Source: Balamuthia mandrillaris
Lineage: Eukaryota
Assembly: GCA_031835245.2 (NCBI GenBank)
Contig: JAVKOQ020000041.1
Span: forward strand, 243,674 to 263,673
Direction of reading: 5' to 3'
DNA length: 20,000 bases
Part shown: piece after piece, positions 7,118-18,641 of the stretch
Numbering within the stretch: position 1 is the stretch's first letter
Layout: each line of letters begins with the position of its first letter
Made by a program: the position numbers and the translations under genes
The notes under the pieces: generated by a model
Seen by the model: only the letters and a program-made list of their open reading frames with translations
What the model was told of the DNA's origin: nothing
Databases searched by the model: none

Positions 7118-8838
7118 ATGTTGGAAGAGTTTCTAGTACTGTTGTTGTTGGGATTTCTCGCACTTGTGACAGCGTGGATTCGCAACTTATCTGCGCTTCC
7201 GGATACAACGGGCATCTCTATCGGCACGCTTGGCAACGTGCAGTCTTATCAGGCGCGCAAACGAGCCGCCGAACAAAGAGTCGCCAACGTTGTGAAAAAT
7301 ATTCCTCTCGGTTCGTCGTATTTCTTTCTTTTTTCTTTGGGATAAACTAATCGCTCTGGGACACAGATGAAGAAGAAGGTGCAATGGTGACCAACGTCAG
7401 TGTTTCAGCTGTTCCCGCAACAGCACTAAGCTATCCACGACAATTCGTGGTGCCTGTTTCGTCTCCGCTGAAACCTTATCTGGTTCCTCGAAGCCCAATG
7501 ATTCTAACGAGAAGCGAATCGTTCGTTCGGCTGCAACGTCGCAGAAAGTTGGAGAAGAGGAAGGAAGGAGATCTCGAAGAGGAAGAAGAGGCAGCGCGGA
7601 AGAGAAGGGAGCAAGATCGAAGAGAGCGACGAGAGAAAATGAGAAGAAAGAGGGAACGAGAAAGACAGTTTGCGAGAAGAGAAGAGCAGAGGGAAGAAGT
7701 AGAAGAGGCAAAAGGAGAAGAAGAGGAGCTGTTTAGAGAGTTGTGTGGAGCGGTTAGAGAAAACAACGTGGAGAGAGTGGGAGAGCTGCTGCAAGCGGCA
7801 GAGAGTTCATTCAATATTACTGCAGAGAAGAAGAATGACAACGAGGGGAGTAGAAGGAAGAAGAAAGAAAGGAGAAAGAAGAGACAGAAGGAGACGAGCA
7901 GAGACGAAAAGGAATCGGGCGAAGGAGAGGCGGAAGAAGAGGCGGAGCCAACGGAAACAGCTGAGGATGGTGCAGTGATGTTTAGAGCAAAGATAGTCGC
8001 CCCAACCAGCGACAGTGATGACGAAGAAGCTGAAACAGAAGAAGAAGAAAGACAACTGGTTGAGGACTTGGACGACGTAGAAGAAGAAGAGGAAGAAAAC
8101 GAAGGAGTAGAAGATGAAGATGACGAAAATGGAGGGGCACAACTGCTATCTCAACTATTGTCACGGAAGGAGGAGACCTTTGGTGAGACGCTGGTTCACA
8201 TCGCGGCGGCCAACGGCTCCGAGGAAGTGCTTCGTCTACTCTTATCCAAAGGTGCCTCTCCCAACGCCACCGACGAGAACGGCAACACGCCACTCCACTC
8301 CGCCTCCGGCGAGGGCCACTCAGGATGCTGCCAGCTGCTCGTAGATGCCGGGGCAGAGGTTAACGCTGTAGATCACAGTCGTGGCAACACGCCATTGCAT
8401 CGCTGCGTGGAGCCGGATGACTTTCCCGAGTGCTGCGCCATTCTTTTGGATCAGCACGCCCAGGTGGATTTGCCCAACCATCAAGGGATGACGGCGTTGC
8501 ACAAGGCAGCGGCGGCCGGTTCCCTGGAGTGCATGGATTTGCTGTTGAAGGCCGGAGCGAGCCCAGCGGTAGAAGATGCGGAAGGAAACACGCCGCTGCA
8601 CGCGGCCGCCAGCAGCTTGAGCGGCAATGCGATGGAAGCTTGCATGATGTTGGTAGGAGGGCCACAGGGAGCGAGGGCTGATTTGAAGGCAAGGAATAGG
8701 GCGGGGCAGGCTCCCAAGGGAGTGGCTCGTACGCGTGGCAATGAGGAGTTAGTGGTCTTGTTGCTGGAGATGGAGTGGAGGCAGCCTGTAAAACAAGGAG
8801 AGAAGCAGCAGAGGACAGAAGATATAAGGGAAGAGTAA
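7118..8838 (+). CDS. Ankyrin-repeat protein with N-terminal hydrophobic anchor and long charged/acidic linker; exons 7118-7310, 7367-8838
   Basis: Ankyrin motifs GETLVHIAA, GNTPLHSAS, GNTPLHRCV, GMTALHKAA, GNTPLHAAA. N-terminus MLEEFLVLLLLGFLALVTAWI. A phase-1 intron (7311-7366) joins the two ORFs. Confidence 0.85.
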
Positions 8839-9056
8839 GGAAAAAGAACAGGATGTATGTGAGGAAGCAAGCAATCAGCTGGTTTGTAAGTATTTTTGTT
8901 AGCAAAAAAAGGCAAACATAAAAGTAATAAATAAGAATAAAGAACAAAACGTGTGTGGCCTTGTTAATGTATACAAGGAGGAAAAACTTTGAGGAAAAGA
9001 AAGAATTCCTCGCTCTCTTTTATTTCCTCTGCAGCAGCTTGGTCGTGATACGCGTA

Positions 9057-9365
9057 TCACAGAAGAACCCGTGTTGGAGCTCGTTCATCCAACTTAACAT
9101 GGTTTTTTTTTTGTCAAAAACAAAGAAATAGAAGCTGGGAGAAAAAAGATAACATACCCTAGCTCGAATGTGTTCTACTATGAGGTCAATGGCGACGACG
9201 TTGTCAGCTCCACGAGGAATGATCACGTCAGCAAACTTCTTTGTTGGCAGTAAATACTCCTCGAAGGAGGGTTTCACAAACTTTTCGTATTGATGGAGAA
9301 CAGACATGACGTCTCTGCCTCGTTGGTTGATATCTCTTACCACTGAAGGATAGCAAAAGGTGAGT

Positions 9366-9401
<36 letters not shown>

Positions 9402-10000
9402 GGAATGAATAAAGAAAAAAAGGAGGTCTCAGCATCTTAAGTTATCGTCAACCGATTGGTCTGACTAGGTTAAAGACATTTTTGATGTAATACATCATAG
9501 TGACCTATAGTAAGAGGAGAAGAAAGGAAAGGAGTGAGAGCGAAGAGGTATACCTCTGCGAGCCAACCGTGTATCAGCGTCCGTATCTACAAATACTTTC
9601 ATATCAAACATCTGCGATAGCATTGGCTTAGCTTATGTCGGGCCTTTAAAAAAAACAAGCGAGAGAGAGTACCTTTCGCAACTCCTCTGAATAAAACACC
9701 AAAATACCTTCCAACAGGATAACATCTGCTCCATACAGCGGTTGTGTTTGTTCCAGCCTGAGAAAGATCAAACAACAAAAGCATGGGTTACTTCCTTTCT
9801 CCCTCTTCTCTCGCGCTCTCCGCACTTCAGCAAAAAGAGAGAGCAAAGAAAAGAGAGAGAGGAAATAATAACCTGGAGTGCGTCACAAAGTCATATACCG
9901 GAATTTCGACCCGCTTGCGAGAGGTCCGCAGCTGCTGCACCGTTTTCAGCAACAACTCCCAATCAAACGCATCTTGTATGTTTTTCACCGTCAGATTTCT

Positions 10001-10037
<37 letters not shown>

Positions 10038-10342
10038 CGAGGGAGAACAGGGAGTATACCGGGATGATCAAAATTGAACTCAGAGACGTTGGCTTTCTCC
10101 TCAGGGGTAAGCGGCCTGTAAAAGGAGTCCAAGGAGATGACGACCACGCGGTGGTTCTTCAAGGAGGAGATGATGATCTCGCAGACAGAGGTCTTGCCCG
10201 AGGCCGTACCGCCAGCAACTCCGATCAAGAACGGGGCCAGCTGCCCTCCTTTTTGTAGTTGCTGTTTTTTGCTTTTCTTCCGTTCCTGGCGAGAGGCCTC
10301 GAGGCTACCCCAACAGGACCTGTTTGTCGGCAGAGAGCTCAT
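9057..10342 (-). CDS. UCK: Uridine-cytidine kinase; exons 10342-10060, 9972-9873, 9757-9673, 9611-9554, 9342-9158, 9092-9057
   Basis: [19 protein letters not shown]-loop, [72 protein letters not shown]. All junctions are phase-consistent. No UPRTase domain. Confidence 0.95.
9424..9506 (-). ncRNA. Intronic box C/D snoRNA candidate (UCK intron 4)
   Basis: Minus strand: terminal stem AGGTC/GACCT, box C ATGATGT (9498-9492), box D' CAGA, ACC/GGT mini-stem, box C' TGACGA, box D CTGA (9432-9429). It is a mixed-composition island in an otherwise CT-rich 211-nt intron, the longest in the gene. Confidence 0.7.
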
Positions 10343-10774
10343 TCTTCTGTTTCGTCTTTGTCTATGGGGTGAAAAAAAAAAGAGTCTCTCTCTTCTTTTT
10401 TGTGGCCTTCAAACCAGAGAAAAAAAGAAGAAAGACTTTCTTTTCGTTTTATTTTTTTAATCAATATCACAGTTATGACCCCTCGCAACACTAGGAAAAA
10501 TTTTGACGGAGATTGAAAAGCCGATGGAACCCACGGTTCAAATGTGTCGACAGAAAGCCAAACGAGGCGCTCCCTCGTATCCTCATCCTTCCTTCTTTCT
10601 CTCCCTTTTTTTTTTCTTTCCCATTTTCTTTAGCTCACCCAAGGTACGCCGTGCTGCCCCCCCCTTTGTTTTAGGGTCAAGTTAACCCAAAGGAGTAAGT
10701 TGCTGATCTGAGTCTTGAAACAGACGCGGCACCAGACCCCCAGCAGCCCCGAGCGCAACACAGATTAATCCGAC

Positions 10775-11515
10775 ATGCCGAAGCACAACAACATGGTGCC
10801 TAACGGGCACTTCCACAAGGACTGGCAGAGCTATGTTCGCACCTGGTTCAACCAGCCTGCCAAGAAGAAGAGCCGAAGATTGGCCCGCGCTGCCAAAGCT
10901 GCCCGCATCTTCCCCAGACCCGTCAGCGGTTTGTTGAGACCCTCCGTGCACTGCCCCACTGTCAAGTACAACATGAGGGCCAGGGAGGGAAGGGGTTTCA
11001 CTCTCGAAGAGCTCAAGGTTTGCATTTACCTCACATTTCAACCCGTTACCATTTTTTTCCCTGTGCACAGTGTACCTTTAAAACAGGATTTTTAACTTTA
11101 TTTTTGTTCGTCACTCTTTCAGGCTGCCGGAATCCTCAAACAACAGGCCCGCTCCATTGGTATTGCTGTGGACCGCCGCAGGAAGAACAAGTCCGAAGAG
11201 TCCCTTCAGGCCAACGTGCAGCGCCTGAAGCAGTACAAGGCCAGCCTCATCCTCTTCCCCAGGAAGGCTGGTAAGCCCAAGGCTGGTGATGCTAGCGCTG
11301 AGGAGGTTGCTCAGGCCGTTCAACACACTGGTCGTCTCTTGCCCATCAAGTCTAAGAGCGTGAGGGCTGAGGCTCGCGTGATCGGTGAAGATGAGAAGAA
11401 GGGCAGCGCCTACACCACGTTGAGGAGGGCTCGCGCTGACGCTCGCCTCGTCGGCAAGAGGAAGAAGAGGGCTGAGGCTGCCGCCGAGAAGGAGAAGTTG
11501 AAGATGGGCAAGTAA
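10775..11515 (+). CDS. RPL13: 60S ribosomal protein L13 (eL13); exons 10775-11017, 11123-11515; probable 5'UTR intron 10644-10723
   Basis: [55 protein letters not shown]; strong codon bias; pyrimidine tract at about 10580-10631 in the presumed 5' region. Confidence 0.97.
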
Positions 11516-11798
11516 ACAAACAAAAACTATTTTTGTAACTTGCTGCTCTATTCTTTATCTTTTTCAACAATAACAACGAACGAATGTTGGGGGTACCTTT
11601 CATATATTGTTTTTCTTTTCTCTCTTCGCTCTTGCACTTCTCTCACGCCTTCCAGAGTGTACCTTCTCTCTCACTCTGTTCTCTTTGGTTTTATGGTTAT
11701 GCTAGTGCTTGTGCAACAAGAGTGATTTTTTATTCTCTTATGCAGATAACAGAAAGGCGGCGCAAAACGGAGGAGAGGGAGGAAGAGGGAATGGCTCT

Positions 11799-13132
11799 TT
11801 ACATGAGGTTGATGGTGAGCTTGGCGCCCAGCTCTTCTGTGTTGGTGATCATCTTTACAAACTCGTCGTAGGAGATCTTGCCATCTCCATCCAGGTCTGC
11901 CTCGATGATTGTCTTGTCCACTATGTTTTGCTGCATGCATTTGTTTTTTGTTGTGTAAAAAATGTGAGTAAAACCCTAATCGTACTTTCGGAGAGGGTTA
12001 GAAAAGGAAGAGACGAACCAGTTGCACGTCATCAAGGTTGCTGCCAACCATCATTTTGAGGACCTGGAACAGTTCGCCGTTGGAGATAAAGCCATCGTTA
12101 TCTATATCATACACCTGACGAAACGGGAAAAAACAAAGGTTAATGCTTTCTATCGCTTTCAATAAAACAGCGGAGAGAGAAGAAAAGAAGAAAGAGAGAG
12201 AGAGAGAGAAAAGAAAACAAGAGAGAGAGAAGAAAACAAGAAAGAGAGAGAGAAGAAAAAGAAAAGAGGAGAGAGAGAAGAAAACAAGAAAGAGAGAGAG
12301 AAGAAAAAGAAAAGAGGAGAGAGAGAGAAGAAAACAAGAAAGAGAGAGAGAGAGAGAAGAAAAAGAAAAGAGGAGAAAAGATAAGAGAAAAAGGCAGATA
12401 GGAGAAGAAACATGAAAAGAAAGCAAGTTAAGAAGCGAAGAAGAGAAAGAATAACAATGACGAAAGCAATAAGAGAAGAGCGGAGAGGAAACCTGGAATG
12501 CAAAACGGAGCTTTCCCTCGAGGTTGTCTTTGTCTGCAAAGGTGGCAAGAGCACCGACAAACTCGCTGAACTCAATCTCCTCGTCTTTGTTGGTGTCGAA
12601 AATGTCAATGATTCGCTCCAGCAATGGGTTCACGGCTAACTCTGGGATGGAAAGAAACTGGTGGACCGATAGGGAAAACGGAAAGAGAGAGAAAAAAGAG
12701 AAGGTTACGGAACATGAAGAAAGAGGGAAAAGGATGATCAAAAAAAAAGGTTTTTGTTTTTTGGGGGCAAGCGAACCTCGTCGGCGGTAAGTGTGCCAGA
12801 ACCGTCTTTGTCCAACTTCACAAAACGCCTATGCAATTTCTTGAGCTCTTCTTCCGAGACTGGTTTTGTTTAAATAAAAAAGAGAGAAAAGAAAGAGAAA
12901 AGTAAAAGTAAGCAACAAAAATAAAAAAAAAAGATATCAAAAAACACACCACCCCCACAACAACAAAGATGAAAGAAAGTAGCAGGCACAAAAACGAAAA
13001 TATTAATGCACGTTTTCATTTTCTCTCTCTCTTTTCCCATATGCAAAACAAAAACGTACACTTGGAGAGCTCTTTAAAGTCTGCCAAGTCCTTTTCGTTG
13101 AGGTTATATCCGCCAGAGAGCTCGTTACCCAT
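11799..13132 (-). CDS. CNB1: Calcineurin B regulatory subunit, 182 aa; exons 13132-13060, 12859-12777, 12657-12493, 12114-12019, 11930-11799
   Basis: MGNELS myristoylation-type start; four EF-hands ([32 protein letters not shown]); [43 protein letters not shown]. Confidence 0.96.
12175..12375. repeat. GA-rich tandem repeat (about 48-bp unit containing AAGAAAACAAGAAAGAGAGAGAG) in calcineurin B intron 3
   Basis: The AAAACAAGA marker recurs four times between 12213 and 12340. Confidence 0.75.
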
Positions 13133-13386
13133 TTTGTTTTAACTCCAAATCTTCTTCTTCTGTTCTGTTTTTTTTTGCGGTTATTTTGTCTGGACCACAA
13201 CTTCCGCTCAATTTGACGCCAATCACTTAGTCTACAAAAATTCTTTTCGCGACCGATTGCTTTTTATGGCAATTTTTAATCAAATGAATTTCCTAATTTT
13301 CCTTTTATAGATTTGGCAACCGATTGCCGGCAGCTATGATAAAAAAAAAAATAAACAATAAGAAGAAAAAAGGGGAATGGAGAAGA
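13133..13386. promoter_or_regulatory. Probable bidirectional promoter between calcineurin B and the PAK-like gene
   Basis: Divergent start codons are about 255 bp apart. The region contains TGACG-CCAAT (about 13214-13223) and an E2F-like TTTTCGCG (about 13244-13251). Confidence 0.55.
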
Positions 13387-16300
13387 ATGCAGTCGACGAC
13401 CTTGTCCGCCTCGGATGAGGGCTGCAGCCATGCTGGGGTTGCGCTGGCATACAGCGACGAAGATGAGGCCTCGCTACAGGAGCACATCGACTGCCTTACC
13501 TTGGAGATGTTGGAACAGCAATTGGGGGAGGCAGACAATGACCGTATCGGAAGCGAGGACAGTCCTTCTTGCTGTTGGACCAGTCTGCTTCAACTCGATG
13601 CTTCTCCTCTTTCACCACCACAACAACAACCAACCAACCCTCTTGTTGGGCTTCTCTCACTAGAACCTGCACCCCCTTCTTCTTGTTCTGCTGCGTTCGC
13701 TTTGCCTGTTACGCCTCCTGCTTTGCCCGCAGCTCTGCAAAATGGGAGCACCGACAACCACAGCCACAACCACAGCGTTAGCGCTCTTCTTCACGCGGGA
13801 CACCTCTCCCTCAAAGTTCCAGAAGAAATCCGCATCGACGTAACGTTCTTTCTTCTTTCTTGTTTCGTTCTCTTCTTTCTTCTTTGTGCTCTTCTGCTCT
13901 TGCTTCTTGCTTCTTGCTTCTTCCTTCCTCTTCCTTCCTTCTTGCTTCTTGCTTCTTCTACAGTCAGGATTTTTGGTCACTGATGTGTCAAAAACAACAG
14001 AGAAAAAAATGGTATACGCTTCAAATAGAGCCAACGGACGAGAGGGCAGGTCGCTTGCTTCGTTCCTTCCACAAAGTGACCTACGTGCCTCCCACTTCTC
14101 CTGCCGCCATGCCCCTTCGTCGCCAACATGTCAACACTTCTCATGAAAGTAATGGAAGCGGAAGTGAACGGCTGTTTCTCACATTGCAATTCTCCGCTCG
14201 GTCGAAGCAGCAGCCCGTCCCTTTGCAGCGTTCCTATGATGAAATGATTGAGGTTTATTTCTTTCTCCTGTCTTTTGTTTTGTACCAGTTCTCGATGTTT
14301 CTTTTTTATCTTTCTTTTTAGTATCTTATTGTGCATCTCTCTCTTATCTATTATGGCTTATTTGTTTCTCGCTCTCTCGCTCACTCTTACTCTCTCTCTG
14401 CCTCCTTTGGGCAAATAAAAGGTACTCCAACAAGAAAACTGTTTACATAAGACACACAACGGGAGCACCTTCTGCCAATGTGTGCTTAAAGTAAGGTTCA
14501 AGAAGAGACCACGAGGCGCCACCAACAAGACCTATGCAAGATTAGAGCTCAAAGCATTGATTCTGGCCTCTCCTCCTTCGGAGGCGGAGCCGCCGCCACT
14601 CATTCTCGCAGAGTCCGCTAACGTCGAGTTGGTGTTCAAAGGTGGAGTCAATGCACCTAAAAAGAAGAGAACAACTGCGACCACAGCTTCAGCAACAACT
14701 TCGATACAACACTGTATATACCGGCTTCAACCTGTTCCAGCTTTCTCTGCATCACCTTACTCTGCTTCCTATCTTCCATCTTCGTCTCCTTCGTCTTCCT
14801 CTCCAGTTTCTCCTTTGTTCATACCTTCTTCTCCTTCCCCGTTTCCTTCCAGCGCCCCATCTCCTGTTTCTTCTTCTTCATCCGCCATGATGATTGCACC
14901 GAATCTTTCTTCCCCATCTTCACCCAACGAACTAAGCCTCTTGACATCTTCTTTCTCTTCAACATCGTTTCTCCCTTCGTCGTCTGCTGTGGCTGCATCA
15001 GCGACATCATCGCCTCCAGAAGCACCATCTACGATGCTTCGTTCTATCTCTCCAAAGCTTAGCCGTGACATGGAACGCATTGAAGCTGGATCAGAAATAG
15101 TTTGGCTATTGGGTTGCTTTCTCTTCTTCAGCTTTCTTTTCTGTTCGTGTATTTTATTTCTTACTTCCATTGCTCTCTTTTCTTACCTCTTTATAGGAGA
15201 GAATTTTCCTCGAGCCCTTCGTATTACATTTGATGATACAACAGCGGAAGAACTGGCAAACGAAGGGTCGGAGGAAGCCGCACGGTTCTATAGAGCATGC
15301 AAAGTGCCCTCCCTGCTGCAGATCATTCACGATTTGGAGCGCAAGGCCTGGAACGATGTTGAACTTGGAAAGGTAGTATGGGATGGCCGTTTCTTCATTC
15401 TCGTTCGCCTTTACCTTTCTGTTCTCTTTTCTTGCATTCGCTCTCTTTCTCTCTTGTTATTAACGTTCCTCATTGCCTCCAACAAAGTTGACAGAAGAGT
15501 TTGTGCTGATGCAGCCGTATACAAGCGTAGTACGGATTGGACTCAGTACTATCTCTCGCTCCTTCTTTCCAAATCCTCAATACTTCACATATTATCCTGG
15601 TTTGTTCTCTCTCTCTCTCTCTCTCTCTCTCGTTCAGAATCTTACAAAAACAAATAATAGATCTTAAGTTGAGCAGGCAAGTTCTTCAGTTGCTAAAAAA
15701 GGATGACGAACGAGACCAAAGCGGAGGGAGAGATAACGACAACAATTATCATGATCGAAAGGATTATAACGGAGGCGGCAGTGGTAACAGTGGCAGCAAC
15801 AACGAAGGAAGAAGCAATGAAAGCAAAAAGAGAAAGATCGCCTTTACACAATTGCAGGACTTGGTCTTATCTCAAGACATGGTGCTTCGTTTGCTGAACA
15901 CTTCCCCCACTTTATTACCATCGCTCTGTCGCAGACGTACGGATGAACATCGAACTCTTCTCCATCTATTTTGCATTCTTGGCTACGAGCGAGCCATAGA
16001 TGCGCTTCTTCAACGGTTGGAAACGAAAGAGGCTATTCGACTGGTTGCCACCAGTGATTCATTTGGATGTTTGCCTCTTCACTTTGCCGCCTTTCAAGGA
16101 AGAGAGGATATTGTTCGTGCGCTTCTCCAATTCGACGTGGCAGCAAAACGCGATGAGGTAAGAACACCAAGGAGAGAAAGAGAAAAGAAGAGAGATAGGA
16201 CGGAAAAGAGAAGATGGATATACTAACCTACAAAACACTTCAAAAAAAAAGAGCATATGTTATAGGCGGGATTGTAACGGTGAGATAGCTCTACAAATAG

Positions 16301-18590
16301 CAGAAAGACTTGGCCATATGGATGTAGTATTATTGCTAATGCAACGACACGAACAAGAGGAATCGGAAGAAGAGCAAGAAGAAGGAGAAACACACAAGCG
16401 TGAAAAAGAGACAACAACTGACAAAGTGACGCGTAAAACCCACAATGAAAAGAAAACTAGAAAGGAAGAGATAATAGATGCTATGAAACAAGATGATGAC
16501 GACGACGAAGAAGCAGAAGAGGGAATGGAGGAAGAAGAACGACTGCCACGTTCATTGAGCTCCTCCTCGACAGCAAACAAGCTCGCGGATCAACCGGGCC
16601 AGGACGCACCCAGCATGCCGGCACTCACCAAACTTAAACGAGAAAAGAGAAGATCCCTCAGCAAAACTCTCTCCAATAAGCTGTTCAGGGGATTCAAAGG
16701 AAGTAAGTTATTCATCTCTGTTTCACTTCTCCTCTTTTTCTTTCTCACAGCTCACATCCCACATCCCTCTGCCTTCCTCGACTCGTATTTCAATGCAGGG
16801 AAAGAAAAGGAAGAAGAAGAGGAGGAGAAAAAGGAAGAGTTGAAAGCGAGATTTCATGAAACTCGCACCACGCAGGATGACAGCACCTTCCGCTGTACTC
16901 ATGACAAGAAAGATGCAGAATCCAGCAGCCGAAGATTCAGTGTCAGCATGCCTCTCAATGTCCGCCATCTTATTCATGCCGACTTTAATGCTGCCTCTGG
17001 ATTCAGGGTTTCATCCCCTTTCCCGTTTCTCCTTTTCTCCATTTAGCTTGTCTTTCTACTGTCTTTCCTTCTTTCTCATGCATTCTTTCATTATTCTTGT
17101 TATTTCCTGTTGTTCTATCTATCGGCGATAATGAACAGGGAATGCCAAGCGAATGGGAGCTGATGCTAAAGGGCACAATCAGCAAAGATGAAGCGTTGGA
17201 AGAGCCGGACGCTGTGCTGGATGTGCTGCAGTTTCAACAGCGTCACAGTAGGCAGCTTTCCGGTTCCCCATTACCAACAACGGAGACTTCCTCCACTCCA
17301 AGCAGAGTCCAGCTCTCTACCTCGTTTGAGAGAAGACATCCATTCCCTCTTTCTTCTCCCTCTTCTTCCACGTCTTCTTCCTCTGAAGGAGGGGAAGGAG
17401 AAGGCATTGTAGCAACAGACAGAGGAGAAGTCACCATTTCTTTTCCTGCTGACAAACAGTTTGTAAAATTCGGTAAGTTGTTTTTGTCTTTGTTTTGTTT
17501 TTTGTTATGTTTGCTCACTTTTGTTTCTTTGTTATTGCTCTTCGACGAGTAGACGTGTTGATAAACAAAGAGGATCCACACGCCTTGTATAAAGATATCG
17601 TCAAACAAACCAACAGTGCTGAACACAACCTGTTCTCTGCCACCAACTCGATAACCGGCGATCCGGTATTTCTTCTTCTCCTCTTCCTTTCTTTCTTTCT
17701 TCATTGAGCTTCTGCTGTCTTCTATCTTTGTCAAAGACTTCATCTTTCCCAGACCGTATCTTATACTCCAGTATTGTTTCTACGCAGGTGAGCATTCGGA
17801 AGCTCGATCTCGATGCGACCAATCTTCATGAGATATCAAGCGGCATCCGCCTGATGAAAGAGATGAGGCACGAGAACATTGTTCAGTTTTTGGATGCGTT
17901 TATTCAAGGCAGAAAGCTTTGGGTTGTCATGCAAGGCACTGCCCACCTCTCTTTATCTGATCTCATTCAACTTGGCGTCAAGTTTGATGAAACGCTCATC
18001 GCGTACATCTGCTTAGAGGTTTTTATTTTATCTCTTCTCCACGCCTTCTCATTCTTTTTGAACAAACTACTGAAACGAGAACGGTCACATAAAATAACAG
18101 ACGTTGAAGGGGCTATTCCACGTGCATGCGATGAATCGCATCCACAACAACATCAACAGCAAGACTGTCCTTATCACTCCCTCTGGACAAGTTAAGATCG
18201 GTGAGTCCCTTTTGTTTCTTTCACATTCTTTTATTTTCCCTCTAAATAATAACCCTCTCGCAAACAGCCAACCTGGTGGATTGCAGCAAACTCGGCTCTG
18301 ATAGCAGTAGAACGGAAAGGTGCGATTCTCTCTCTCTTTTTCTCTTGCTCTCTCTCTCTCTCTCGCTCTCAAAGCTGACCTCCTTTGTTTGCTCTTCTCT
18401 TCATCACCATTTACTTTCTTTTATTATTTTCTTGTTTAAAAAAAGAGATGAGACACAATGCAGACTTTCATCACCCGAACAAATCAGAGCGAAGAACCAC
18501 GACGCCAAAGTGGACGTGTGGTCCGTCGGCGTGCTGGCCATGCTCTTGGCCGAGGGCACCCTCCCTTACTCTGATCTTCCTCTCATCCGA

Positions 18591-18641
<51 letters not shown>

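Noticed and set aside
11018..11122. snoRNA in the RPL13 intron (CCTGT/ACAGG stem)
   Set aside because: No C/D boxes and no properly placed H or ACA box.
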